Below, one piece after another: positions 1 to 13,600 of a stretch of 64,000 bases of DNA. Source of the DNA: Trichosphaerium sp. ATCC 40318. Its lineage: Eukaryota; Protista; Tubulinea. The notes under the pieces were generated by a model, which was not told the DNA's origin, ran no database searches, and saw only the letters and a list, made by a program, of their open reading frames with translations. Every line of letters starts with the position of its first letter. Position 1 is the stretch's first letter. The position numbers and the translations under genes are program-made. The stretch covers positions 1,118,366-1,182,365 of the forward strand of contig JALMLS010000322.1 in assembly GCA_038496445.1 (NCBI GenBank). Direction: 5' to 3'.

Positions 1-805
1 TTAAGGTTCCTGGTGACACTGACACGCCTGAACTGCGTGAATACGATATGACTATATTAGGATCTGGCATGAAGCGTAGTGCGTCATCATACACGCGCCT
101 TCGATCCCCTAGATCGCCTACTAATATGAAAACTACAAAATACCCTAGAATGGGTGCTGGTGTGGAACAGTGCGTGTTTTTTGAACCTAAAACGTTTTTT
201 CCTGAAGTTTCCTCTAACTTAATTTGCTAGTAGCTCTAGTGCGGACTCGTTTAGGACTCCACCAAAACGTAATAAATCAACACGAGATGGACGTATTGCT
301 GCTAATCTAACAGCGTTAAGTGCACGTTTGTCTGCAAGACATAAGGCGAAATCAATGAGACTACGTAAAAACAAGATAGGTGGATCACCACCTGTTGTGC
401 CAAGAAGAGACGGATTGTCTGATATAGAGCAGCAACATAGACGTCTCCAACTATTGAAGAAACTTCATAAGTTGGAGGCTGAAAAATTTAAGGATATGTT
501 AGACGATGACATAGCAAACAGTCAGTACGTCTCTAAAACTTGTGGATAGCTTTCTAATTATCATTTTACTAAAACTCTTTTTTTGAAGGTCTGACGATGA
601 ATCTGAGTCCTTTATGGATGAGAGTGAGGAACGGCAAACGCCCAAAGGAAGCCCTGCTAAACCTAAGTCTATTTTAAAGAATAGGCCAGCACCAATGTCA
701 CCTAGACAACAATTCTTGTTGGATATTCAACAGGTTGTACGTTTGAAGAAAGCGAAAAGGCAAAGTGAAATAGCTGCGCTAAGAGCAGCAAGCAAAGAGT
801 TTTAA
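1..805 (+). CDS. 3' part of a spliced hypothetical protein (basic, low complexity); 5' end lies outside the window
   Basis: ORF pieces 48-230, 328-549 and 614-805 can be joined by short GT..AG introns; stop at 805; no recognisable domain. Confidence 0.5.
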
Positions 806-1026
806 AACAAAAAAAGTGCTAGAATGTAAAACATAGTTTGTAAAGTAAATCAAGTGATACACCCATAACTACAGTGGTCAGGTAGTGGTTTTTGGTAAAA
901 CCAATCAGTGAATCAAAGCAGGAGAAAGAGAAACTTCGAAGAGAATGCCTCACGTTAAGTATTGTTAAGTCTTACACGAAAATCATTCTTTACAACCTTA
1001 CACATCAACAACAACACCTCTAAACA

Positions 1027-2796
1027 ATGGCCAAACCTACCTCTCGTGTTACACTATCCCATGCCACTCTTGTTCAAGCACTAGCTTGTGATGTATCCTC
1101 AAAAATGACAGTAACGGCTTCACTCAAGGCACCGTTAATTGAAACAGATGCCCATAAATCTAGGTCTCCCGTTGACGTTGTATGTGCCGTTGATGTTAGC
1201 GGTTCAATGGCAGGTGTTAAGCTCCAATTAGTCACCCGTTCTTTAGAGTTTATGGTTTCTGTGTTAAAACCTACTGACCGCTTGGCAGTCGTTGTGTTTT
1301 CGGATGGCGCTCGTCTTTGTTTCCCGTTTGTTAACCTAACCGAGCTTGGCAAAAAAACAGCCCTTGATTCGATAAGAAGTATTCGCGCTTCCGGACAAAC
1401 TAATATCTCTGCCGGGCTTCATATGGCCTTAGATCTTGTTAAACAAACTCCTTCGTCTGCTAATGTGTCATCTGTTGTCCTGTTTACTGACGGCTACGCC
1501 AATGTTGGCATTACCAAAATCGAACCGCTTTGTGCTAGTATAAAGGACCGTATAGCCGCCATTGATGATACGGCTTGTTCTATTAATGCTATGGGATTTG
1601 GTAACCATGACGCCGAGTTTCTAACGGCTATAGCTGAAGAGGGAATGGGCATGTTTTATTACGTCGACAAGCCTGACTCTATTGCCACGGCCTTTGGCGA
1701 TGTTATTGGCGGATTATTAAGTGTAGTTGCGCAAAAAGTTAAGATTACTTTGGAGGCCGCAGACGACTCTGTTGTCATTGAATCTGTGCCGACAGGTTAC
1801 ACAAAGACTAATCCTATCCCTGGTAAAACCTCTACGGTATGTATATCACTTGGCGACTTGCTGAGCGAAGATAAAAAGGATTTTGTTGTTTTCTTAAAGG
1901 TACGTACCTGGAACTGCGTTTTTTTTACTTTTGGTCGTAAGCGCTTATGTTTTTCATTTAGTTATCGCCTCACTATACCTCTGCCATCCAGTCTCTTCTC
2001 AAAGTGACAGTTTCTTACCATAATTTAATCAGCGACACCAACGAATTGTCAACAATGGACATTAAAATAGCAAGGTACGATCCCAACACCAGCAATTTTA
2101 TGCAAAAAAAAGTTGTAAAAACAAATTTATCTTACTAATTTCGTGATTAGGCCAAAAGCGAGTGAGATCACGGCTGAACAAAAAATTCCAAATGTGGGTG
2201 TCCTTAGACAAACACGTCGTATCCAAACAGCTGTAGCAATGAAGCAAGCACTCCAGCACTATAACGCGAACAACGTTCATGCTGCCAAAAAAGTGATTCT
2301 AACCGCTATGACTACTTTGGCAAAAGAAGCAGCAAAAGATACAACAATAGCGAACTTGCTACAAGATTTGAAACAATGCCTTCAAAAAATGGACCAAAAG
2401 GGCGCTAGAGGATATTTAGTATCTCAAAGGCAGTCTCACATGCAACAACGGTCTAACGCAATCAATACTTGCTACTCCAACACTCGACAAATGGCGTGTC
2501 AACAAAGTACACGTGCTTATGTTAATAAGAATACTTTACCAGGAAAGTCAGGATATGGTCCAGTGAGAGTACGTGGCACTCGTTCTTGGTACCAACGCTC
2601 ACATTTTTATCAGCAACATCCAAACCATCCCAGCACCAATAGGTACACTCCCTATGTAGCACCAAACTGTTATCCACAAGCGCAACAACAGCACCCTCAA
2701 CAACAGCAACAGCAACAGCGCCCTCAACAACAACAACAGCAACAACGCCCTCAACAACAACAGCAACAACTCCCTCAACGCCAACGATTTCATTAG
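1027..2796 (+). CDS. von Willebrand factor A (VWA) domain protein with Vwaint-like C-terminal region and poly-Q tail
   Basis: MIDAS motif DVSGSM, GQTNISAGL, VVLFTDG; C-terminal SHMQQRS..YSN resembles WAV3-type VWA proteins; introns near 1900-1961 and 2075-2150. Confidence 0.85.
2682..2790 (+). repeat. coding (CAA/CAG)n poly-glutamine tract with repeated Q7-RP units
   Basis: caacaacagcaacagcaacagcgccctcaacaa... seen directly. Confidence 0.9.
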
Positions 2797-3070
2797 CCCC
2801 GACACATTGCCAATGTGCCAGCTGTATTTTTATGAATAAATTAGTCTTTTTGTTTATCGTAGGTACATTCATTGTTTTTTATTGGAAAGAAAAAGTGTAC
2901 TATTCTGTTCATTTCCAATCCGAATAGGATATTAGAACTACTCCGCATCAAATTTGCAGCTTATTTCCAAGTTGGTACATTTTTTGTTGTTTATTGTTAA
3001 TGCACGTTGTCTACTGTACAGCTTGCTACACCCAGCTTGTAAAAAACTTGTGTGTTTTGTCAATATTTGG

Positions 3071-6000
3071 CTACAATTGGATATTATCAAATGTAGTAGG
3101 TGGTATCTTAAGGCCAACAGCACGTGTTGTACAGTGCTTGTTACTTGCATTGAAAATAAACAGGTATCGAGTAATAATGTGGTCCTCATTCGACTAAATC
3201 ATAATGATTAGCGTCAAAACGAATCAATACACAAAATCCATTGTGGTCTTGACAAAAAAAACCCGAAAACAACTAAAGCGTACAATAACGTAGTATGGAT
3301 TAGCTTTATAGCCTCCATTGATGACCTCACATAGTGCCATAACTTGTAATCCAGATGTACCAAACATAGACTTTGTCCAACCCTAAGAGCAATCCAAAAT
3401 AAGACGAGAGCAATGCACAGGTGCTTTAGCATCGATAAAATAAATAAGAACGTACACTACCGGTTTTGGCATAACTGAGGGAGGTTCCAGAGTCTGGCGC
3501 CAGGTAAATCCCATTACCATAGACAGCACCTGTAGTCATGAACTCGGTACCACCTAAGTTAGTAATGTTAGAAGACAACGTCTCTTCTCTCTTTTTTTGT
3601 CAAGCAAATCATTTCATTGATTTGGACGTACTGTAGTTCTTGAGACCTTGACGCAAGATACAATGCCAATTGTTGAAAGCACTACCATGGAAAGCATAGA
3701 AAGAGCCCTTTTTCTTCTTTTCTTGTTGAAATTTAAGCTCCTTCTTCGGTGGGCAACTAAGAAGTAACAGTTGTATTGTAGTTCCTATTTGAGTAATACG
3801 CTAAATTCATGTGTAAATAGAAGCAACTCACTTGAAGCGATAGTAATTTGGAAAAGGCAAAAACATAGCGTTATGGTTGTGCGTACATCTGAAGGTTTGA
3901 GTGAAGACATGTGCGCCCTGTTACTTGTCAAGCACCACCTCAAGAGAGGATAACACAAGATGTCAATACCGTCAAGATATTCCTTGATCGTTGGGCTATC
4001 TGGAAACTTTTGCAAATCCGCAATAGAAGGGATCTTCTCCAAGACATTACCCACTTTTGTCTTGTCGGGTTTTCCTGAAGAATTCTTGAATGTGTGTATA
4101 ACCTCTTTACCTCCTACAACTTGCTAATACCCATGGTAAGAACAGTAACTTGTAATCCAACCACGGCCAAAAAAAGACGTACGCGGACTTCTATAGCATT
4201 TGGGAATGGGTTAAAGCGCTTAATGTCTCCCATCGCAGCTACAATACATAATCAGCATAATCAAATTGCAATAGGTCATTTGTGAAGGTCTTACCCGCTT
4301 TGGTGGAACTAATGAGGAGATCGACGACCTGACCCTTCGATTTAATAATGGCGGCAACATCAACTCCCAATCCATATTGATCGTAACTGTACAGGCAGAG
4401 TGGGGAATCACAAATAGAAGGCTTTAACATCTCGAAAGCCAATGGTTTGTTGCATATGACACATGTCTTTGTACATCGCATCGTATTACCGACAAGCTCA
4501 TTGGCCACGTCCAAAAACAAATGTGTATTGGTTGGTGGCCAATGTTGTCTCATGTAATCCTAAAAATTATACTGTGAGCCAACGAACCCACTAGCGTGCA
4601 AAGAGATAAAAATAAAAGCAGATTCCCATACCTCAATACGTTTTTGTAATTGCCAAGCAAGTCCGAAACTAGCAACGTCCTTTAAGTATTTGGCGTCCAG
4701 AGCACCGTCTCCAGTCTGGTAGAGTGACAGTGCAGGCAACTATAGTTTTGATAAGACAAACAGTTGATTGGGCTTTAGTTATCATTTACCTTGTAGGCAT
4801 CCATGTAGTATGGTGCAACAAGTTCTATCTGTATGACAATACGCTTGTTGGGATTTATACCCCAAACTTCACACAAAATATCTGACAAGAATCCTCGAGG
4901 ATCCAACGCCATACGAACTGTGTAATCGCCTGTAGTGTCTGTGAGCACTGCAATGTTCTGTTTGCCATGCAACTTTTCATATTCTGCAACATGTTGATGA
5001 ATCTTGGAAGATGTCTGACTGGTGTCTTGATGGAATGTATCATCGTCAAAGTCCATTCTAGTTTATTGTCATCAGCGACAAAAAGATTGAAACTACAAGT
5101 TGCTCAGCGTACCCGAAATCACCATCGTCATCTGAAAATGCACGGACACTCTCGAAAAGCTTTGTATGGGTTAGCGAGGATTACAACAAATCATCTTGTT
5201 CTTTAAACTTACAGAGGCACGGCCTTTGCTCTTGAATTTGGGTTGCTTGTTTACAGGGAACACAGGCGATGGTGGTACACCTATTTTGTCAGCGTACTCC
5301 TTTACTACCCTATTCATTGCGCTTGTAATCGATCCTAATGTTCCTATTCTTTTTTGTGAATAATAGAGTAAACTATTTTGTCAATTGGACAAATGTTAAT
5401 ATGACGCGTACCCAACTCAACGACACCATCGTTAGTGAATAACATGTACTCGCCACGTTCAATGTTGTCTGGTATCATGAGCGTCACAGTTCTTTCTGTA
5501 TCCTCATCATCTGCCTTCATTGTGAATACGAGGTTATCGCAGTCATCCTCTTCCACATCTGAAAAAAAAAACCAGGTGAGTGTTAATCGAGGTAACAAAG
5601 GGGTGATGAAGACCCGTCATTACCTGTAACTAATGAAGAACCCGTTGTAATACATTTTTGACATATCAATGAGATTTGGTCAGCACGAGAAGCTGGTACA
5701 GACGACTCTAATGTGCTATCACCTCCAGTGGGTTTTGGATCTTTCTTTTTTGGCTTATCAGGCGTATTCGCTGTTACCACTTTGACATTCTTCTTTGGTC
5801 TCTTTTTCTTTTTTTCAAGCTCAGCTTCCTTCTTTTCTACGGCATCCTTATTTTCAGCACTAGAAAGTAGGTAAATAAACTCGAACTAGCATAAAATAGT
5901 GCGCTGTGAACAAAAAAAGCGTACCGGCCTATGCGACCAGAACTAGATCGTCTGCCTTTAGTAGGACCAGTTGGGGAGCTTTTAGGTGCAGTGGATGGGC

Positions 6001-7033
6001 TACCAGTACCTAACAAGCAGTCAACACGGTACATCTATCAATTTTTTTTTCACTGTTTTAATTCCTAATATGTACCCCGCTTCTTTCTGCCTGGGCTCTT
6101 GCCATCCTCTCCATCTTCCCCATCTTCTCCACTTTCGCTATCAGAATCATTATCTTCCTGGGGGATGTTAAATTTGTAGGTGTTGGGGGGAAGATTCAAA
6201 TAACAAAATTATCGTGCCTCTATTACAACGAATTTGGACTGTTCAAGCAAGTTGTCTTTGTGTGCCCAATGTTTAGAGACAGTCAATGCTTTGTTCTCTT
6301 CCTCAGGTACTTTACCAGCTACCGTGGAGGCGCTTTCATTTAATCCAGAAGATGCACGACCTACTCCATCTATGCCTTTTCCCTTGCGACTGCGTGTTGC
6401 CTTGCTGTCGCCATAAATTACTTTAAGATATATCTGTCCGGACACTGTGTCTTTCTTCTTCCTTTTGGAGAGCGTGAACCAATCATCCAATACGTCTTCG
6501 TCCTAATTAAGGCAGTTAATCATGGACAACGTAAATTAACAAAGAGGATATACGTACCTGTATCATGTTTGTATTGAATTTAATGGTCAGTATGCCCAAA
6601 AATTTATCCTTGAAAAAAGTATGCTTCTCCCATACACGGACTACTACACCCGCAAAGTCTGCGCCCTTTACTTTACTATTTTTATTCGGTCAGTTTAAAA
6701 AAAGTATGAACACTAAATGCGCCACGGAGCTAAGCTACTGTAATTTTGAGGCTACACACAAATACGTAACGTCATACGAGCGTGGGTAACTGAAACTGAA
6801 GCAAAAACGTACAACTTTAGCGTGTCGTTCCAGATCGGATTAGAGCTGTTCTTGTGAGAGTTAGACTTCTTTTGTTCGGTAGCATCACCCTTCTGGTCTA
6901 AAATATCGACAGTGCAATATATTTTACGCGAGCTCGCCAGGTTTTTACCCTTGCCCACTGGTTTTGATTAGTGCTGGAATAAAATTGTGTAAATAGCCAT
7001 TGACGCACCAACAACACGTATCTCTGCAGACAT
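3071..7033 (-). CDS. PARP6/PARP8-like mono-ADP-ribosyltransferase with N-terminal C2 domain (multi-exon)
   Basis: C2 motifs (NPIWNDTLK, DDWFTL..VSGQIYL); Zn finger CVIC..KPSICDSPLC; YPLLRWCLTSNRAH; AFHGSAFNNWHCILRQGL; YGNGIYLAPDSGTSLSY; SNEDHIITRYLFIF; ATG at 7033. Confidence 0.8.
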
Positions 7034-7094
7034 TATAGGATCTTTTACCGACTACGGATCCCTTTACAAGCGTTCACCAACAACAAAGTTATTT

Positions 7095-10000
7095 ATGGCT
7101 TTAAGCGAAAAGCGGACGAAGAGTCTTTGAAGGTCAATTTTTATGTACTACAACGTTCACTCTTTATGGCAGACCAGTTTGCACTGTATAAAAAACTAGC
7201 AGTTGTAAGCAATGAGAGCTCTGACACGCTCATTGCACGCATAAAAGTACAAACTTGATGACATTTTGCTTCTACGCACTGCAATGATCTAACAAGGCGT
7301 AGAATGAATTTTTGCGTGGAGCTTATTCTGTAGTTCCCCAATTGGCCAGCGAGCTAGAGAAATCACCTGGAGCATTGCATCAACTATACGGGGGATTGTT
7401 TAATGGTATTCTCAAAACTAGAAGCGACACTCAATCGTTTAGGGCTCGTAAATCGTGTCAATGGCGCTGAGGCAGCTCGTACGAGAAAAGGAAATTACAA
7501 TAGTTAAATATTGACAGTTTACGCTCAGACGTCGCGGTACGCATAGAATCAGCTATTAAAAAAGCTACCAGTGGTGGAATGGCAACTTGTGATGCGTTGG
7601 ATGAAGCTGGCGAGTTTCTGGGCGTCCTGCACAAGGAAAATGGAGATCTCATCAAGGCGGTTAGCAAACTTTCTCATTTACCAAATTAATTGAGTGTCAG
7701 ATTGCGTGCTTCTCGACTATTTTGATGCGCAACACTAGCCAGGATCCAAACGCAATTGGTATGCACTTTCTAGCTGTGTGCACCGTTGATATGGGCACAA
7801 AATTAAAGATGAATGGAGATGAAATTCGTGGTAGGAACAAAGAGTTTAAGCATTAGTTAGTAATCACGTTTTGTTTTCAGGTGTTGAACTCTACCAAAAG
7901 GCACTCACGATAGCTCCTACATATGCACCAGCGCACTATAATATAGGCGTAGTGCACGCAGAAAAAGGAAATCTAGATAGCGCGCTAAAGTGGTTTGAAT
8001 CATGCTTGCAACACGATCCAGGTTGTTCTGAAGCCATGTGTAATGTTGGCGTTATACATAAAGAACAAGGCCGACTTGATGATGCCATTTGCGTCTACAA
8101 GAGGACAATAGAGGTAGCTGACATATTAAGCTTTGTGTTATTTCTAATGCCATCTATAGCTGAATCCGGCGTTTACACTTGCGTATCATAATGTGGCGAT
8201 TGCGCTTACAGACAAGGGAGTTGTCCTAAAGTTGCAAGGAAAATTCAAAGAAGCGATACAGTTGTACAAAGAGGCGCTTGTATACAAACATGATTATGCT
8301 GATGCTTACTACAACCTCGGGGTTGCATACACTGATATCAAGAAGCATATGAGAGCGGTACGCAATTAGTATAGAGCATACATCCCAAAAGTGACTGGCA
8401 TCCAAAGCTTCAAATGTACAACCTTGCCATTACTTTCAACCCTCAGCACGTGGCAGCAAGCAACAACTTGGGTGTACTTTACAAGACGTTGAACAATGTA
8501 CCACTCGCTGTAGCTACGTTCTCTCGAGCACTTGCAATCAAAGGACCTCATTTCATGCAAACTATCAATAATCTAGCGGTATCGACTTTAGGCGTTGTTA
8601 ATAAAACCTTCTTACCTGTTACAGGTCGTGCATATTTTAGCGAATCAACTAAGGAAGGCCAAAAATATTCTGGAAGAAGCCCTAGCACCTGCCGTTGTCT
8701 CAGGTACAATCAGATTTTTGAATACTGGTAACGATTGTAGAGTGTGCTTGTACACCAGGTCATGTGGCTAACACATGGAACAACTTGGGAGTTGTATTCA
8801 GAGAAGAAGGAGACATCAAAAAGTCTTGTGTATGCTTTGCAAAGGCTTTGGCTTTAGACAAGAATTGCCGTAACGCAGGACACAACCGCTTGCTTGCCCT
8901 CAATTGTATGTTAAACAATTTAGTTAATAGGATGTTAATACAATTGAGTTTTTAGATCCAGAGGATTTGGACTTGAAAGTAGTGTGGACCGCACATCAAT
9001 CGTGGGCTACCACATTTAAAGAAGTGTTTTCTCCTGTACCAGGGAAGCGAGAGGCGTCAAAAACCCGACCTATAAAGGTTGGGTATGTGTCTCCTGATTT
9101 CTTTACCCACTCAGTATCCTACTTTATTGAGACTGCTTTAAAGCACCATGACCCTAAACGAGTGCATATAACATGGTAATGCCGAACAAAGAGGTGGTTT
9201 GCTTTTTATAGTATTCTAACGCGTTGTACTGTAGTTACTCAAGTGTCGAGAAACCAGATGCCAAAACAAAGCGATTGCAGTCATACGCACATCGATGGGT
9301 AGATATTCACCAGCTATCAGCTGATGCTGTAGCAGACCTAATTGTCAGTCACGAGATTGATATACTAGTTGATCTTGCAGGACACACTGCCAATAACAGA
9401 TTAGATGTAATGGCCAAGGGCACGTGCCTTATCATAGCCTTATGATTGAAAGGTTTAGATACGACCCTATTAACTTTTTTTACAGGTGCTGCGCCAATCC
9501 AGGTCACTTGGATAGGATATCCCAACACCACTGGATTAACTAACATAGATTATCGCCTAACAGACAGTGTGGTTGATCCAGTGGGAACAACACAAGAATA
9601 CAGCGAACAACTGGTTAGGTAAATATGGAATAATGACACTTGGTTTTTTAAGGCTGAGACTCTATCGTTAGAATACCTGGTTGCTTCCTCTGCTACACTC
9701 CAATAGAAAACCCACCACCCGTGTCTCCATCGCCTTGTGTAACTAACGGCTACGTTACATTTGGATCGTTCAACAATGTGTGCAAGGTGACAGCGCCACT
9801 GTTAGACGCTTGGTCCAACATATTACAGCGTGTGCCTACAGCAGTAAGTGCACTAATGTGTCATCCTTTTGTCTTACCTATTATCTGATAGAGGTTAGTA
9901 CTAAAATCTAAAGCTTTTGGAGACATGGCGCTATGTGATAAGACATGGTCCGAATTCAGGAAGCGAGGGATAGACAATCACAGGTACCTCTAAGAAACCA

Positions 10001-10595
10001 AAGCTGTGTTTGCGCTTACCCTTTCTCAAAGAATTAAATTACTATCATTTGTACCTGCAACAACCTCTCATCTGTCGTGCTATGACACCATGGATATAAG
10101 GTACAAATCTCTGCAAACCATACAGCGCTAACTTAATTTCACAACAGTCTGGACACTTTCCCTTACGCTGGTACTACAACAACAGCTGAGTCCCTTCTTA
10201 TGGGTGTGCCTGTCGTTACGTTGCAAACCAACACAGAACAAGACAAAACTGGATGGTCCTACTTCCACGCAACAAATGTTGGTGTAAGCATCCTACACGC
10301 TATCGACGCCAAAACATGGATTGCCCAGAGCATACAACAGTATCAAGATATTGCAGTGAGCATGGCATCTGACAAGGACGCCCTAGTAAAAATAAGGCAA
10401 AGGCTACGACAACAGATGTTATCTTCTCCTTTTTGCGATGGTACGCTACATAGACACCGCGCTATACAATGCGTTCTCAATTGGCCTTTAGGTAGTGGTT
10501 TTACAAAAAAATTGGAGGGGATATACGAACAAATGGTGGACGATCCTTCGGCGTTACAGACTACACAGCAAAACGTTGCACAAAAAAAAGAATAG
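7095..10595 (+). CDS. SPY: SPINDLY-type TPR O-fucosyltransferase/OGT-family (GT41) glycosyltransferase; start codon uncertain (7095-7330)
   Basis: Multiple TPRs (YAPAHYNIGVV, CNVGVIHK, ADAYYNLGVAY); VGYVSPDFFTHSVSYF; IDILVDLAGHTANNRL; PIQVTWIGYPNTTG; LDTFPYAGTTTTAESL. Confidence 0.88.
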
Positions 10596-10630
10596 AATCT
10601 TGATCAATTTGTATGTACATAAATATTTAC

Positions 10631-13600
10631 TCAGTCAGAGCTGGGTTCAACACTCTCCTCTTCTTTGACATCGGTCATTTCGACATCTTTGTCTGAGTCT
10701 GATTTGGCATTGGCGTCACCATCATCGCTGTCCTCATCGTCGAAACTAGGTTCGTCATCGTCATTGTCTGCGTCAGTTTTTTGTTTTGGATTACTACTCT
10801 TTTTCTTGATTGTGATGGACTTTCTCTTTTTGGTATCGACCTTTGTCAATTTAAGTTTTGTCTGTTTTTTCTTTGTATTCGGCGAAGGCTTTGACCCACC
10901 ATTCAACGACACTGGAGAATGCTTGACCTTGGGCATGGTCGGTTGTGTAACGCCTGAAGGCACTGAAAATTGCAAGGTTCGTGCTGCTTCACCTCGTAGG
11001 TAGGCATCACTCGCTGTATTGATTGCACGAAGCACACGTATGCACCGTTTATTGAGTAGGGAGGCAGATGGGAATGAATCAAGTGCGTACAGCGCTAAAG
11101 CTTACGTGAGAAGAAGTTCTGATGTGCAAGAACAAAACTGAGAAGAAGTTTTCTGAATTGATGTGCGAGAACAAAACCGGTCACGTACTTTTTGCTTTCT
11201 GTGTCGCCAAGTTTGCATCAAAATTTTCCTTCTGCTCACTCTTTAATTTGTCCAACTCCTTTGACGAAAAACTATCAGTACACGTGTTTTTAAAGAAAAA
11301 GGGATAAGAACATACCAAAGGAATATTAGCGGACTGCTTCTTTTGTACAAGTTGTTCAAAAGCAGGTCCTGAGAAGTTGAGCGTAGCGTCGTCCTTTAAT
11401 TTCAGTATCTGACCAAATCCATGCTTGTAAAACGCACAAAGTAGACTTTTATCATGTGGCTGAGACTCCCACCACCAAACAGGAGGTTTCAACTAAACAT
11501 TAAAAGTCAACCAACATTTGTAGGTAAAAAAAATAGATTATTTTGGAGTACCCTGAGGATTGGGATTTGCTTGAGTTTACTCAAGTTTGGTCCAAACGTC
11601 TTGAAGACGCCCTGTAGGTCGTTCAATACGGCCAATCTATTGCTCCACGTGGATGATGCACGTGATGCCATTTTAACAAAATCCTAAAAAAGTGTGAGTG
11701 GCCTGCGCCAGTCTAGATTATACCCAACTAAAAAACTGCAAATGGGTTCTTATTAACGAGAATCGTACATCTGTTTTGAGGACAGCGTGAGTCTCTACCT
11801 TTACAACCAGTTTAGGTTTAGGCGACTGCTTTAGCTGGTTGCAAACGAGCTGGTACGATGAAATCTCGTATGTTCCCGGGAATCCAGGCAAGTCTAAAGT
11901 GAGTGTCTTTGTGTCCTTGTTGATGATGTTGTGATCCATCAGAAACGGAGTGCCATTAGGTTCTGTCTCTGGTTTGTATTTGACCAATAAAAATCTAGTC
12001 TCACTACCCCAAGTCTTATCTTCTTCCTCTTCTTCAATAATCCTATCAGAACCGCGTAAGTCTCGTGCAACAAGGTGTAACACAACAGGGTAATAAATAA
12101 AGAGTGATTGTAGCGTACTTTACAGTAAGTTTAGCTCCTGGTTTAATTGTTGGCGATTCCTCTTTAGTGGCATTACCGTTGATTGATACAACCTACACAC
12201 GCTCTCTGTCAGCGAACGGGACTAAAAAAAGCAATATTGAGGAGTGTTGTTGTTTGTGCGTACCGATGCACTGCTGAACGTTGATGACGTTGGCATTTCT
12301 CCTTTAGAAAGTATATTGGCAACAGCACTTTCAAGTTCTTGTCTTGCCTGTTTGTGCAATATCTGAAAAAAAAAGATTGTAAGTTGATTTGTGTGAATTC
12401 ATTGACCGCTAAGCGAGACAAGAGAAAAAAAACTGAAAAAGCGTACAGTACAGAGCGTGCCAAAGAACGTCTTCTTGCCATCAAGTACCAACCCGTTTTT
12501 TTTCTTTGCTGTTGTTGTGTCGGGTTTGACGTCAGTTTTTTTCTGTTCCTTGGTTGACTCTGTCTTTTTGTTCTGTCCGTTGGAGGTTGTGTCCTCCACT
12601 TTCTTTTTGTCGTCGCCTTTTGCATCATCCTTTTTTTGTTCTGTCTTGTCAGATTTGGGTTTAGCCTTAGGCGGTGACGGTTGCACAAAGCGAACACCGT
12701 TGAAAAAGGCAGCAATCGTGTTCTGTGCAAAAGTGATGACCTCATCCTGCGTTATCGCCTTTAAGATGTTGCCCTCACGCATGATAGTATCCCAACGTCC
12801 ATAACCATACTTTAAGAGCTCTTTACGGAGGTTTTCTCGCTGTTTTTTGCTCCAAAGGGTCTCAGGCGGAGGTGCTTTCGTCTTTTGCTTTTTCTTTGCA
12901 GGCAATACGAAATCTTTGTCGTTTGCGTTTGATTTATCGTTGTACACGTTGCCTTCTTTGTAATACCGCTTGCGCTTACGCTTTGAAGAAATTGTAGCTT
13001 GCAAGGTACGCGCTCTGAGCTGTTCCTCCGGGGTAAAGGCAGAACTAATGGTGACAAGGGTGAGGAGGTGCGACACTTCAGTCATAGGACCGTCCGCTAT
13101 AAATAGTTGGTTAAAAACAAAGCCTTTACAGAAGTGCCATGTGGCAAGACGTACAACCAAAGGCAGAACGTGTCTCCACAGCGAGCTTGGCCCTGGCTAT
13201 CAAGGTCTCAACATCAGTGAAAAATTTGGTCTTTGACTCAAGTGTGTTGAGAGAGCCATCCTTGATCTGCCCAAGCAACATTGATGCGCTCTTGTATTCC
13301 GGTAGGACCTTACTCCAGAATTCAGGATCGTCGTAATCGATCATATCTTCTTCATTAGCTACGAAGCTAGCTTTTGAAAAGTTGATTTGACTTTGACTGC
13401 CTACCACAAGATTTAATCAGAAAATAAAAAAAAACAGGATAAAAAAGCGAATATTGACGCATTCGTACTCTCTGCTTTTGTTGGATCGTATACGACCTTC
13501 ACACCACGTTGTAGGATATTGGCAATGTCTTCAGAAAGCATAGCCTGTTCTAGAGCCTCTTCGTCCTCTTCAGTTTGTGAGAAGAGATGATAGGCACCAT

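Noticed and set aside
2522-2872. Antisense poly-Leu/poly-Val ORFs
   Set aside because: Shadow frames of the poly-Q tract
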